Of a stretch of DNA of 64,000 nt, positions 1 to 14,800 are shown in pieces; position 1 is the first letter of the stretch; the number at the start of each line of letters is the position of its first letter. The translations under genes were made by a program, and so were the position numbers. Source of the stretch: Lama glama (Eukaryota); contig CM052817.1 in assembly GCA_028534125.1 (NCBI GenBank), positions 71,736,001-71,800,000 of the forward strand. The letters are read 5' to 3'. The notes beneath the pieces were generated by a model. The model was not told where the DNA came from and did not search any database. It worked only from the letters and a program-made list of their open reading frames with translations.

Positions 1-8
1 TCGATGGG

Positions 9-151
9 TAGAGTGACCATACATTTTTATCATTTACAAAATATAAATAAGAGAGGTGTTATTTACTATGCTGAGATGAGAGGTGTGAACAGATAATCAG
101 TAGATTTACCTTCCTGGGATATTCCTGGGTAAACTGGATGTTTGGCCACCT
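9..151. mobile_element. MER94-like hAT-Blackjack MITE
   Basis: Degenerate TIRs tagagtgaccata ... gtttggccacct, about 140 bp. Confidence 0.5.
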
Positions 152-1019
152 TTGTCAGTGGAAGACACTCAGCAGACAAGGACAACAGGGCACAGTAGAT
201 CTGCAGGGCCCCCAGATGGTGGTGGCAAACCTGCAGGCACTGGATGGGCTTCTGACCAGGGTGGTGGTAGCAGTGGTGGCTGCCATCTGTTCAGCCTAAT
301 TCCCTCTGTTCACATAGTCTTTCCAAGTTCAGTGCCTTTCATCTTAGACCCTAACATGCCCTTCCAGAGTTTTGCCCCATCAACCTCAGTACTCCTCTCC
401 TGGTTCACAAAAGTTTCATCTAGTTTATTGAGACAGAGCCGGCTGGGCCTCCCTCCATTCTCTTCCACACGATTGTTAAAGCATAAACTCTGTGGTTTTC
501 TTTTTCCTCACCTTCTGTTTTTATTATTAAATGCCTTTCCAACCGGGCTCTTGCAAATCAAAAGGTTTTGGCTTTCAAATTTATTGTGTGGGCATGAAAA
601 GCCTATTCTGGGGTCAAAAACTTAACTTTTACTCCCCCCCCACTTCATTCTAATAATATTCCTAATGGTAATGTGGATACCACAACGCAATTTTCACCCA
701 CATATAAGGAAGTCCAAAGAAAATTAGAGGTTAATCATTCAATGTATTATCTCTAATGATACAAATGTTCTTGATGGACACATAAAACTATTACATTAGC
801 TTATTTAATGCTCACATTAACTATGAGGTAGGTATTATATTTCTATTTTGTAGCTAGAGAAAGTCAGGTTTCATTCTTAGGCACAGAAAAAAGTAGTAGA
901 ATGATATAGTAAAACGAGCTGCGCTGAAGTCTAGTGTCAGTTTTATCTTCATTTTTCTCATGTACACAATGAGGAAGTTTATTTTTAAAACACTTCAAAC
1001 TCTAAAATTTGAAATAGAA

Positions 1020-1305
1020 GTCTACGATCCTTATCTAAAACCTTTGTGACTTGTACACTGGAATTCAGAAATTTTCAGATTTGTGAAAGGTACTATTGAG
1101 TAACTACAGCGGGATCTGGGGCAGCACCTTATATATCAAACAGTAATATTTCTGCAGCAATATTTTTGTACTGAGAAAAATAAGAATTATTTTAAAAAAC
1201 TCCTATCAGTTCAGGTTAGATGATACTACCATATTAGTTTGCTTAGAACATATGAAGAACTTTAGATTTTCAGAACTTGTTGGATTTTACAGTTGTGGAA
1301 ACTGG
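1020..1305. mobile_element. MER46C-like TcMar-Tigger MITE
   Basis: ggaattcagaaattttcagattt ... gggatctggggcagcacc ... aatatttctgcagc. Confidence 0.55.
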
Positions 1306-3594
1306 ACTAATGAAAGGATTGGAAGTTATCATCAGTGATGCAAAATATTTTATCTTATTATTAATAGTGTCAGATTCATAAAACTGATATGTAGAGTGGA
1401 ACATTGCATAGTAAGTGCTTATCACATTATCTGGAAATTTTTAAGTACTCAGACTAATAAGTAATCATAATGATTGCACATAAAAGAAATGACAGTAACC
1501 AATTAGAATCAATTATCACAGCTTAAATTCTCTCTCAAATTCCTGGAGACCCTTAATTAAAAGGACAATATTAACAACTCTAAAAGCCTTCTTTACCGTA
1601 GATTTCCACAGGATAAGAGAAAAGCAACAACAACAGTGATAAAGCAGATGTATTACAGAATAATCAGCAGCATATAGGCTTCAGAAGGCATAGATTCTAC
1701 ATCCAACACTAGCCCAGCAGATTCAGTGCTTTGAGCCATGACCAACAGTATCCAACAGTGGTATATCTAGAAAATTTAATTCACTCAGGGATTTTACTAT
1801 CTTTAAAAAGTAAATATATGAATTCATGCTAGGTTCTTGAAGCTGTACAAACTTCATATATATATGCATACATATGTGTATATATGTATAAAATTTATAC
1901 AAAACCTTTGTATTTAACCTTTAATAGAGTCCTTAATGATAAAGGTATATGTGACTTCTTAGAAGTTAAGAAGAAGAAAGAATATACATGGATATCTCCC
2001 TTTTCACCCCATGCTATTTCAATATGGTTAGCTACATGCTTAAAAAAATCATCTCAGTAAAACAAGCAAGTAAACTAGAAAGACAGCAATCATTACTGAG
2101 GAATGACAACTCAGGAGCAATTTACTGAACTTCGTCATGGACAGAGTGCTGAGGCTTAGCGGATGATAGAGGAGAGTCAGCCACTTCTACCAAAGCCCAC
2201 AGAAAGGAATCTTTAAAATAAAAATGTTTGTGATATATGGCAGATAGGACACATAAATATGCTTTAGCTAAGGACATCACAATGTTAATGGGCTGTATCT
2301 ATATATTCTGTGACTGCTTAACTCAGTTGATCAAAGCAGTGGTCATAAAATATGATTGATGATGCTTCAAAATAAGGGTCATAGATCACAGGTGACCTGC
2401 AGACTGGCCAGACTGTAAAGGAAAACATACTTCTGTGTGGTGTTGAGCTTCTCAGAAACAAAAGAGGAAGGGACTACTTTTATTTTGATTGAATTTACAT
2501 TAACATCAATCCTGTTGAAGGACACTGCATGCCAGCATTGCTGCTGACAACAGAAACATGGAGAGTAAGAAAACCCAGACAATCTCAGAAGCATTCTGAC
2601 GGAAGGGAGTCCATCTACCAGCACAGGCAATGAGAAGGTACTGGTAGAAAAAGCACAGGGTCTTTCTCCTCCCCGTTGCTCCACTGAAGGTGGGGGACCT
2701 CACTGTTACCTCTTCTTCCTCTTTCTCAACCCTCTTTCACTCTCCAAATATGTGCCACACAAAAGTACAGAGTGTGTAGACAACAGTGGAGTGGGTCAAG
2801 AGGAACTACCCTTTCTGAAGGTTTTAACAGAAGGGAACAGATGTGGTAGAAATTCTGAGGAAGTACTGACATACTAATCAGTTCACAGATGAAAAATTCT
2901 GAGCATCTCAGTTTACAACACAGCAATCCTATATGCATGTGACGGTTTTGATTTCATAGGGGGCAATTACCTTTGCTCTGTTCAGTGGCCACCAACTGGA
3001 TACTTGGTTTCACTTAACTTCTTAAAAGAGACATGTGGTTGTTCACAAAGAGAACAGGAGGTCAGTGAAGAAATGTATCACCTCTTCTGGAAAGCAAATA
3101 AATAAATACATAAATAAATTTTAAAAAACCAAAACTTAAAAGAATGATGGAGTGATAAATGAGTCAGTTTCGTAGCCTTGAAGATGAAGATGAACACGTC
3201 TCTGCTTATATCAATAAAGGACGAATGTCAACTACCCAGTAGGTGTGAGAACAGTGAGCCAGCGCTGGTGGTTTAAGGGATGCTTTTTAGAAACTCATCC
3301 TTGAAATTATTGGATCTTCTCTCTGTTCACCATGTCTAAGAAAAGATGTGTGTCTAAAAAAGAAGATCAAAACTAACAATGCATTTGGAATAATAATAAA
3401 GGAGGAAGGCAGGCATAGTTTCTCTTTCTTTTTTCCTATTTTCAAATGATGAGTCACCTGTCCTGTTTAGGTAGGTGGGACTGAACTTACCAGATGGCTG
3501 CATCTTTTGCTTTACTTGAGAGTTTTGAATCAGGCCTTAGATTCAACAAATATACTTCATTTGAATTCCTCACACACTTCTTTAAAAAACACTT

Positions 3595-5095
3595 CTTTTT
3601 TTTTTCCTAGGGCAGTTTTAGATTTACAACTAAATTGAGAGGAAGGTACAAATATTTCACACAAACCTCCTGCTCTCACACATGCATAGCCTTCCCCATT
3701 ATCAGTATCACTCCTCCAAAGAGTACATTTGTTACAGATGAATCTACATCAACACACTGTAATACCCAAAGCCCATAGCTTACCTTAGGGTTCACTCTCA
3801 GTGTTGTATGTTCTATGCATTTGGATAAATGTATAATGATAGATATCCATCATTACTGTATCAAAGTATTTTCACTGCTCTAAAAATCCTCTGTGCTCTA
3901 CCTAATCATCTCTCCATCCCTTATCCCTTGGCAGGGCAACCACTGATCTCCTTACTGTCTCCATAGTTTTGATGCTTGCAAAATGTCATATAGTTGGAAT
4001 CATATACTATGTAGCCTTTTCAGGTAGGCTTCTTTCACTTAGTAATATGCATTTAGGATTCCTCCTTATTTTTTCAGTTTCATAGCTCATTTCTTTCTAG
4101 CACCGTATAATATTCCATTGTCCACAGTTGATGTGGTATATGAAAGACATCTTGATTGCTTCCAAGTTTTGGCAATTATGAATACAGCTGCTATAAACAT
4201 GCTCGTGCTGGACGTTTTAAACTCTTTTGGGTAAATATGAAGGAGCACAATTGTTGGGTCATATGGTAAGAGCATGTTTAGTTTTGTAAGAAACTGCCAA
4301 GCTGTCTTACAAAGTGGCTGTACCATTTTGCATTCCCACCAGCAAAGTATCAGAGTTCCTACAGCTTCACATCCTCACCAGCATTTGGTGTTGTCAGTGT
4401 TTGGGATTTCGGCTTTCTAGTGCGTGTGCCATTTTAATTTGCATCTTCTTGACGACATATGATGTGGAGTGTCTTTTCATATACTTGTTTGCTCTCTGTG
4501 TATCTTCTTTGGTGAGCTGTCTAATAAGGTGTGTGGTCCATTTTTTAATCAGGTTGTTTATTTTCCTCTTGTTGAGTTTTAAGAGCTCTTTGTATATTTT
4601 GAATAACAGTCATTTATCAGATGGGCATTTTGCAACTATTTTCTTCCAGTGTGCAGCTTGTCTTTTCATTCTCTTGACATCATCTTTCACAAAGCTGACT
4701 AGGTTTTCTTCTATGCTATCTCCTAGAAGTTTTGTAGGTTTGTGTTTTACATTTAGATACGTGATCAATTTTGAGTTAATTTTTGTGAAGGGTGTGAGCT
4801 CTAGGTCTAGATTCATTATTTTTACACGTGGATGTTCAGTTGTTCTAGCACCATTTGTTGAAAAGACTATCTTTGCTCCACTGTATTGCCTTTGCTCCTT
4901 TGTCAAAGGTCAGTGACTATTTATGCGGGTCCGTTTCTGGGCTTCCTATTGTCTTGAATTGACCTATTTGCCTATTCTTCTGTTAATATCACATTGTCTT
5001 AATTACCCTAGCTTTACAGTAGGTCTTGAAGTCAAGTAGTATCAGTCCTCCAACTTTATTTTTCTCCTTCATTGTTGTGTTGGTTATTCTGGGTT
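3595..5095 (-). mobile_element. L1MC1-like LINE-1, 3' UTR plus end of ORF2
   Basis: Typical L1MC 3' end (gcagttttagatttacaactaaattgag...cacacatgcatagcc); minus-strand ORFs 4087..4326 and 4610..4906 resemble L1 ORF2 C-terminus. Confidence 0.85.
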
Positions 5096-5464
5096 GTACA
5101 TGCTTAGAATTGGGAGGTAAAAAGTCTGTACTTGCTTTGATTTATAAATTATGTCATGGCATAAAATAAATCCTAGAGACTTGGAGATGTAGGTTATCAA
5201 GGTGTAGCTTATCAAGGTGCTTCCCTCTCAGGGAAATTTTGAATCATTGTACTTTAGACTCTGAAGTAGAATAGTTTCATATCAAAAGTGTACTTTGGGT
5301 AGCAATGGATAAAAAAGCACAAGTGGAAAACATGTGTCTAAGGGCCCTTTTAGATGTGAAAAATCACATGCTTTATTTCCTCAAAGATAACTTACACAGA
5401 GATAGATATGTAGATAGAAACATAAATATTAAGAAGACAATATATGTTCTAAATAGAAAAAAAA

Positions 5465-5676
5465 GGTACTAACACTTAAAAATATATCAGACACTATGCC
5501 AGCCATTATGTCTTACATTATTTCTAGTCATTGAAATTACTCAATGAGTTATGCAGTATTGTTTTCCTTTACATGAGTCTCAGAGATGTGAAGCAATTTG
5601 TCCAAGACCACGTAGAACTGGAATTCCAATTAGACTTATCTGGCTCCAAAGTCCACCTTCTTTCCACTATGTCATG
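5465..5676 (-). mobile_element. MIR SINE
   Basis: ctcagagatgtgaagcaatttgtccaag...tctggctccaaagtcca. Confidence 0.65.
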
Positions 5677-5744
5677 TGTCATATTTTTTGTGTTCTATCA
5701 GATGAAGAATTTTCACTGGATTTTTGTGTGTTTTTTTTAAATAG

Positions 5745-5865
5745 CTCACTATATATGTCCAGCCAGAGCAAAAACACACAGCTGAATATGCTGCAAATAT
5801 AACTAAAAGTGTGTTTGATTATTTTGAAGACTACTTTGCTATGGAATATTCTCTTCCTAAATTAG
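5745..5865 (+). CDS. ENPEP: ENPEP exon 4 (121 nt) [40 protein letters not shown]
   Basis: ttttaaatag|CTC ... TTAG|gtgag; manual translation. Confidence 0.95.
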
Positions 5866-8800
5866 GTGAGAACCATTTTTTAATTTTCTTATATTTAATA
5901 TTGCCTTTGTTTTCATCCAGGTTAACTCACTTTCTCCAGTTTTAGCATCCTTAGTTAATGGTCATCTCTTATTCTTTTTATTATATGCCTATACTATGTG
6001 CCTCATACTTATTAGATGCTGAAAGATCCATTCTGGATTCCTCCAAAAATAACATCTATACTGTTTTTACCCAATAAATGTATAGTATTTTACTTTCAAA
6101 TAAAGATGTAAGTATATATGTAAAACTGCAGACATCAGTAATAATGGAGCCATAAACAGCAACCTAGAATCAGTTGATTTCAAAATCAGTACCCATCCCA
6201 ATAGCTTACACTGCCTCCCTACCATCAGTGAGCTGATAAATAATGCTGTCAGAGTTCCATGTATTTCCAGTCTTTCCACTATTGCACACAAACTCTAGAT
6301 TCTCCAGCAGTTAAAATGAAACACTGGTGCTCCTTCCATAAATATTTCTTCCAACATTGAGGAGGGAGTGGAACACGTTTTCTTTTTAAAATAAAAATAG
6401 TGCTATAATCACAATGATGTGGATACAATACTCCTATCATTAGCAAAAGTGGTTTTAGCAAAGACTTTAAATGTAAAGCCCATAGAGATGTCTGTAGGGA
6501 TGAAATGAAGGCAACCGGAAAACAAACCAAACAATAGTTGACTTCTCTATTTCTGTTTCTCTCCTTACTTTAATAAATTACCAGTGCAAAGCAACTGGAA
6601 TACCAAACTCTCTACATGGCAATGGCTGTGACCAGGTAACTTTCTGGATGCTACATTTAAAAAAAAAAAATTGCTTAACACATACTTGGGAAGGAGACAG
6701 GAGGGGAAACAACTTTTCACCAAAGTTGGAATAAGTTAATAAAATGTTGAGCACATTAATTAGAAAGTCTTTTTTTCTCTTTATTTCTCTTGTACCACTC
6801 AGGATAACCTGGGATGTGGAAATCTCACAAATGTATTTCTCTCTTCTCTTTTTCTTCCTCTTTCTCCCTTATTCCTTCTTTTTCTTTATACTTTCATCTG
6901 CATTTTCAACCCTTTCAGAATTGACTTTATCTTAGACTATCCTGACAATTGACTTCTGTATATATTACACCCCCCCCCAAATTAAAAGCACTAGAGCTAA
7001 TTAATTATAATGTCAATACTCACAGGGAAATGAGGTTACAAAAAATTCCTTTTGTTCATGAGTTAGGTACATGTGACACTGTAACATTATGGAAAATACT
7101 GGCCCTTCGGGAGAATAGTTCTCCAACCTTTAAGTGGTATTCTCATGACAAAATAACCAAATCTAAGAATGAAAATAACACTAAAAGGAAACTGCTGTAA
7201 TTTTTACCTCCATTTAAGATGTATCCATTTTCATTCTTTTATAAAAAGCTTTAAGTATTTTTATTTTAACCAGAAAGGACCTTTTCTTAAATTTTAGATG
7301 AAAATTTAATTTATTTTCATGTATGTGCCTCATTTAAATTGTATGTAATAATAAAGTAATTCCATCTTTATCATAGTTTATTAACTGGAGAAGCTGTGTT
7401 GTGCCCACTGATCAATCTCAACCTTTTCTGTCTGGGGATTTAATACAGAACTGATCAGCACTGCCTCTTCCTGTCAGATACTCTGTGTAAGATGATAGGT
7501 CCCAGCAAAAATAAGGAATAGAATGTCTAGACAGAATTCAACACTTCAGACCTGAAAGGGAATTTAGAGAGAATATAGTCAATTCCACATTGATCCAACT
7601 AATGTAAGTATGGTAAGTATTTAATTAGTAGGGAATCAGGTTGACCTCAAATTGTACAGAATTAGGGAAAAGTGAATTTTGTATACTCTAGTAATCTGTA
7701 TCCTTGGATCGAAATATATTTCCATATGCTGGGAAACTCTACACTTCTAAGTGTTCCATTTTCTCACTACTTTTTACAGCATATCCCCCCAAACAGAAGC
7801 TCGGTGTTATTAAAGTGAAAGTCATGGGGAAAAAAGCAAATAAAAATGAAATACATAAAGGAACAAAAGACATAGAATTATAGAGGACTTGAAAAGGGCA
7901 TTGCCATTAATATCCTTCTTAAAAAATAAAAGACACATTGATACCTGGAGCCAACAGGAAAAGTTCCATGGAAATTTTGAGTTCATTAAGACTGAAAAGT
8001 TTACACAAATAGATGATTGTTTTTTACTCTAAGAATTTATTTTTAGCCTTTTTAAAATACATTCATCCAAAGAACTTAATTTGGTAAGAAACATTATGAA
8101 CACATGGAAAGAATGTTTCTCACCAGACTCTCTTTTTCCATAGATAAAATCGCTATTCCAGATTTTGGCACTGGGGCTATGGAGAACTGGGGACTCATCA
8201 CATACAGAGAAACGAACCTGCTCTATGACCCTGAGGAATCAGCCTCATCAAACCAACAGAGGGTGGCCACTGTGGTTGCCCATGAACTTGTGCATCAGGT
8301 ACAGAACCTTAGCATCAACTTAGCTTGTTTTAAAAAGTGGCTTAAGACCAAAGGAATAATTGAAATTAATAAACACTTCGTCTTAAAGAAACTTTTAAGA
8401 CACATTGTTTTGCCTTTAGTAAATACATGAGGCCTTCCTAGAACTTTAAATATTCCCAGAAATACCTAAATAAAGGCAATAAACTAAGGAGAATTTAAGA
8501 TCCTTTAAAAACTAGGGACATAAAACAAGAAATAAATGCTAAGTATGAAGACTGCCTCTTCTGGGTCAAGTGACAAAATTTACATGAACAAATGAATCTT
8601 CTGAAATTATTTAGGTCTCTCTACCAAAGGCATGAGAATTTAACTATCTCTTTATTACTTATAATTTCAGTGGTTTGGAAATATTGTGACCATGGAATGG
8701 TGGGACGACTTGTGGCTAAATGAAGGATTTGCTTCCTTCTTTGAGTTCCTGGGAGTAGAACATGCAGAAAAAGAGTGGCAAATGGTGAGCCCTAAACATA

Positions 8801-11800
8801 TAAGTTCCAAATCTGTTTTCCTCCTGCCAAGCAGGTTGAAGCCTTTGGACTATGACAATGGCCCTGAGTTCAGGGCCAAATGCAGTGATGAATTGGGAAT
8901 TCCACTGGGAGAACGAGGTGGAGCCAGCTGGCTCTGCTGAACTACATCTCGCTTAGAGCCTCTGCCCAGGCCCTAGAGGGCAACTGACCACCAGGATCTG
9001 AAAATACCGTGGGTAGAGTCATTCAAGAACATGTGCCAAGGCAGAAAAATATCTAGCTTAGACAATGCCAACTCTGTGTTCAAGAAAGTACCTGTAGTGC
9101 TAAGCCTTTGAAAAATGTCTAAGCCTAATTTTACAGATGACTTACCTTACACAGGTTGCTGAAATGATTTGGTAAAGAGGTTAGCACACAAATTCAGTAG
9201 TTAGACTCAGGTTCAGATCCTGGACACATCATTTCTGAGATGCTTTACAGGAAATGTGACCTTGAGCAAGTTGCATATCCTCTCTGAGTCAGTCCTCTCC
9301 TTTATGAAAGAAGAACATTGTTCTCCACCCTGTAAGCTTAAAAGCTCCCCAAATGTACATGTAATTTCTATTATTATAGCATGTGTCCCTGAGGGGCCTA
9401 GAACAGAGGCTTCTATGAACTCTACAGACATTTTTTCCCCAAAAGCCACATCTGTTTTTATTTGTATTTAGATGGTGTAAGTATTCTCATTAGTGTGTTT
9501 ATATAAAATAAGTGTGTGGATATGTTAAGCAGTCTTACAGAAGGTCGTGTACTACACAGAGTACTGCCCTCTACTGGACAGAATAAGAAGAGTGTTAGCA
9601 GCTTCAAGAGCTAACAATTCAAATGCCTTCTTTTAAAAAAGATTTTATATATATATATATATTTAATTTTAAAAATTCTAGCTCTTGAAGATATATAGGG
9701 GAGGGAGAATCAAATACTTAATAATATTTTTAAAACAATACATTCCTATGTCAATCACTGCAATCCTTTCCAAATAAAAAATTACTTTCCTAAACAAACA
9801 AAAAAACTAAAAACAGAGAAGAATGTTAGATGCTTGAAGCACTTGTAGTTTTCACAACCTGCTTCAAAAAGTGAAAAATTTAATTTGCAAAAATTGCTTC
9901 TTTAAAAAGTAATCTACATGAGGCCTTCTTAAAACTTTAAATATCCCCAGTAATACCTAAACAAAGGTAATAAACCAAGGAGGATTTAAGATCATCTAAA
10001 AACCAGGAGAAAAAAGCAGAAAATAAATGTTTCAGGGTTTTTCAAGGATGGAACTATTATTTGGGCCAGCTAATTCTTTGCTGTGGGGCTGCCCTGTGCA
10101 TGGTAGGACACTTGGCAGCATCTCTGGCCTCTGTCTACTAGAGGCCAGTAACCCTCCATCCCAGTTGTGAAACCAATAATGTCTCCACATATTTCCAGAT
10201 GTCACCTGGGGGACAAAACTTCCCCTAGTTGAGGACTATTTATCTATGTTGAAAACTGTTGACTTCATAAATTCTGAAATTAAACTGTATAAATGAAAAT
10301 TATTTTGTCCTTTATTTTCCATAAAGTATCCCTTCTTATATCGATATTATAAGAAGTTATAACACTTTAATATTGTTATATTATATATAATATAATATGT
10401 AATATTTTGACATTCAATTTTTAGTGTTTCAAAAACACCGATTAAATATCAGAAGAATTTAGCTTTCAGCTCTTAAATGAAATTTAATCACATGATCCAA
10501 CTCATTCATTCTCCATCCAGTCACTCATTCTTCATTCAGTGAACATTATGGAGGACCCAAAACTGAATAAAACACACTTCCTGTCCTTACAGAAGTTCCC
10601 AATTTAGGGTCTAGTGGAGGAGGGGACAGAGAAACAAACATACATTGCAAGAAAGCTGGATAAGTACCACACTAGTGGTGTGAAAAATTTTTTCAGGCGA
10701 AAAATCTGATGCCCAGGAAGGTAGTATGATTTTCCATAGTCACATAGACAATTGGAAGCACAACCAAGATGAGAGTCAAATTTCCTGACATTGAGAACAA
10801 GATTCTTTCTTCTTACCTAAACATTTCAGGGGCCCCAAAATTAAAATCCAAGTGAAAATTACCTTGATTGACAGTCATCACCTGCCAATAGTACCTTGCT
10901 TACTGTACTTTCCAATTCACAACATTGGAAACTGTAAACTAATACAGCATGCTAGTTCTTGGAAATATTTTTGATTAAGTAAGACCAATAAAGCTTTTGA
11001 TTTTTTATTAGTAGTGATTTAATAGAGCTAGATTTCAGAATCTAACTGATCAAGAATCAAACTAATAGCAGCTACTGTGTTAGGTTTTCCCTCTGTGCCA
11101 GGTACTATGTCAAATGCTTATCACGCATCATCTCATTAAATCCTCGGCACATTTTTAGAAAGTAGATGCCATCATTACGCTTATTTAATGAGTGAGGGAA
11201 ATTACTTAAACTTGCAGGTCTAGAAAGTGGAGAGAATGAGCTTTGGATCTAGGAAGCCTGACTAGAGAGCTAAACCTCTCCACCACACCATTTTGCCGAG
11301 AAAACTTAGGACTGGAATTAGAAGGCAATTGTTAGAACTAAAGCAAAAGCTAATGTTTTCTTCAGTCAATTATGAATTATCCAAATTCTAATGATTAGTT
11401 GACAGATAAAGACCACTAAAGCATCAATTTTTGGCAAATCAACATGCCTCCTCACTTAATTCTCAGACAAATCTGTGAGGTGGCACAATCATGCCTGTTG
11501 CATAGATATAGAAACAGGGCTTGGAAAGTTTGGCACATGTTTGAAAGTCACACAGAATTAGCAGAAATAGAATTTATACATGCTTGTGTCTTCTTGGCCT
11601 GCCAGATAGGGGTGAAGTCAAAGGAGTTATGAATAGGAGATGAGAACAGAATCAGTGTAGTCCAATCAGTGCAAAATAGGATTGATTTTTAACATCTAAA
11701 TCCTTGTTTTAACTAATATGAGTCATTTATGTTTATTTTCCCACCAGTTTGTATTATAAAAATGGTATTTTGACATATACACCAGTATAAAGTAAGTGCT

Positions 11801-14800
11801 GAATCTCTTGGATTCATTCTGTCATTTCAGCGTGACCAGATGTTACTTGAAGATGTATTACCAGTACAAGAGGATGACTCTTTGATATCTTCACACCCAG
11901 TTGTTGTCACTGTGTCAACTCCTGCTGAAATCACATCTGTTTTTGATGGGATTTCTTATAGCAAGGTGGGGGAAATATGACACTGTTTTGAATTCTTCCT
12001 GTTTGGTGGCTTTTCTCTCAGTAAATGCCTAAAAATGGTAAGAACGGCTAGACTATGCTAATGGACTTAGAGAGACAGTGTAGAACTTATTCCAAGTGCT
12101 GAGTATTCAATAGTTTGTCACTTTCATTGGAACTGATCAATGCTGGTGACTGTCACAGAATTCTGAATCGGACTTCTAAAAATCTGTCTTTTCACTTTTG
12201 TTTATAACGGCTCTCATTCTGACAACTGAACATTTACATGTTAAGCATCCAATTTAAAATTACTTGATTTTTTTTTAAAAGACAGTAAATCTTTTTATGC
12301 CCGTCGTCAATGAGAAATGCCATACATATGGCCACCTTTTCTAGTAGAATGCTTCCAGTAAGCATTTGAATGCAACTCTGTTTGAAGGAATTACTTTCAT
12401 CCATTTTTATTTAAGATTTAAAGATGATTTTGTTAGCATCTTGTGATGGGGCATTTTTAATACATTAAAATTTTATGAAAAGTTGCTGAAAATCCATAGT
12501 GGCCCAAAGCTTTATGTTACCCATTTTCTCCCACAACTTCTCCTGTAGTTTCTCCTCTAAACATATTCCACACTTGTATGCAACATATTTTAGTCAATTT
12601 TCCACCTCAGCCCCTCTTGGTTTACCCACTACGTTTAGTTGTTCAAAAATCACTGCAAACTAATACATTTTGTTGATGTGGATGTTACCTAAGTTTTATT
12701 TAAGATGAAATATTATAATTATTAAAATGAATACTAGATAAAATTGGCTTGAGTAAAAAGGCCTTCTATATATTAGTATTTGACATTAATAGTATCATAT
12801 TTTTGGCTTTCCAGGATTCCTTTATTCATTTTTCTTTTACATTGTTAATGATTCTTTTTATCTTCCTGTTAAAATGAAAATGTCTAATCTACTTATAGTA
12901 TATTCTAATAATTCACATGGAGACATTTATATTTATTAAATCAATGTCTTCCTTTCTGGGTTTCAGGCATTAGGTCAGAAATAAATACATGTTTCTCAAC
13001 CTTTAGCCTTCTACTCGGAACAAAAAAAAAAACTTATACTTAATAAATTACAGTAAAAATTGTGACCTTAAATGGGGAAGCAATGTTTTTGTGGTCAGTA
13101 ACTTTAAAGTTGATTTTAAAATTTATAAACAGTGCATTTTAGAATTATAACATGTGAAAAGCCAATAGAGAGCAGAGATATTCATCAGGTTCTTCAGACT
13201 AAATAAAACCAAATGAGATAAACCACATTTGAACAAAAAGATTTTATGTCTAAATTGTGTATCTATATTAAACTATTTGCCCAGATTAATTCCTCAATTG
13301 TCTATTTCCCTTTGTTAAATATAATTCTTTTTCAAAAGTATTGAAATATACTTAAGAAGTAGACAGAATTTTATCCTGCCTTGCTTTCCTCATTCATCAA
13401 AGAACATGATTTTTCTAAAACTTTTTCGTTTCTCTTTCATTAGGAAGGCTCCATCTACTGGTTCGTTTTGTGAAGTGCAGTAATCATTTGAACCTCAAGT
13501 TACGGAAATGATGGCCATTTTATCAATTTCTCCTTATCTTTTAGTTATTTTAGGAGCATAGATACAGGGAGTATGCCAAGTGGTATTTTCATCCTAAAAT
13601 CACGAGCAATAGCATGTAACTTAGCAGAATCATCTTGAAAAAATTATCCCAGAAATACGATCATGAAAACCTAGCCACAATAGTGATCACTGTTACTTGT
13701 TTCTTATGCATCCTTTTAGTTTAACTTGCCATACTTTTCCATCACAGGGAGCTTCCATTCTGAGAATGCTTGAAGACTGGATAACACCAGAGAAATTTCA
13801 GAAAGGATGTCAGGTATGATTTACTACTTTTTATGGTATTTGAAGTAAACTACACTGATACGTGGCTCATGAATGTTAAGATATGTGATCAATTAAGGCC
13901 AATTCCCTTTTTACTTTTACTTTCCTTACTCAGGGATAGACAATACAGCAAGGCACAAAAAGGTGATTTCCCATCCAGCCTAGTACCTACATTGTATCTG
14001 TAATTGCCATTTAGCAGAAGTTTCATGGAGAAGGTAAACATCACTTATTTTAGGATGCCCTTTACATTTATATTAGCTCAGGCTGCCATAACAAGATACT
14101 ACAGACTCAGTAGCATACACAAAAGAAATAAATTTTCTCAGCATCCTGGAGGCTGAGGAGTCTGAGACCAAGGTGCTGGCAGGTTCACTTTTTGGTGAAA
14201 TTTCTGTTTCTAGCTTCCAGATGCCCCCTTTTTGCTGTGTCCTCACATGGCAGAGAGAGAGAGAGAGAAAACCTTCTGGTGCCTCTTTTCATAAAGACAC
14301 TGATCCCACTATGACGTTCCCACCCTCCTGATCTCATCTAAACCTAAATGCCTCCCAAAGGCCTCATCTCCAAATACCATCACACTGGGGGTTAGGACTC
14401 CAATGTGTGAATTTCAGGGGAATGCAATTCAGTCCATAGCACTATAATATAAAATTCAAATTTATCCATAAAGGTCTTCCCTTACAGTTTGTAAAAAGAC
14501 TTTTTCTATATTATTGGATTTGAAAATGGTTAATATAAACATTTCTATTATGATGAAGTCAGTAGTAAAGAGGGCCTGCTTCCTTTTGAGGACAGAAATA
14601 ACAATCAATTTCTTAAAGCATTTCACACAGCCCACTTAAGCTTATTCCTCCAGTGGATGTTGTAGCTCCACTATTGTCCTTCTAGCAGAACCTAAGCCAA
14701 TTCTCTCAGGGTTTTATATTAGCACCATTGCTACCTTGTGTCCCTGTAACCGTCCTGCCTGCAGGTTGCCCTGTTGCAGCCTAAAGATGGAATTGTCTTC

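Noticed and set aside
152..625. 157-aa ORF
   Set aside because: TTG start, no recognisable domain, intronic; not ENPEP-like.
730..742. HNF1-like GTTAATCATTCAA and similar sites (e.g. about 16926-16938)
   Set aside because: Fits kidney/gut expression, but such matches are frequent in AT-rich DNA; unsupported without conservation data.
4314..4916. 200-aa hydrophobic ORF, the longest in the track
   Set aside because: Antisense reading of L1 ORF2/3' sequence; a typical artefact.
9635..10450. Duplicated pseudo-exon 5 or 6 expected if the 93-bp repeat came from a full 1.5-kb tandem duplication
   Set aside because: No recognisable exon homology at the offset positions.
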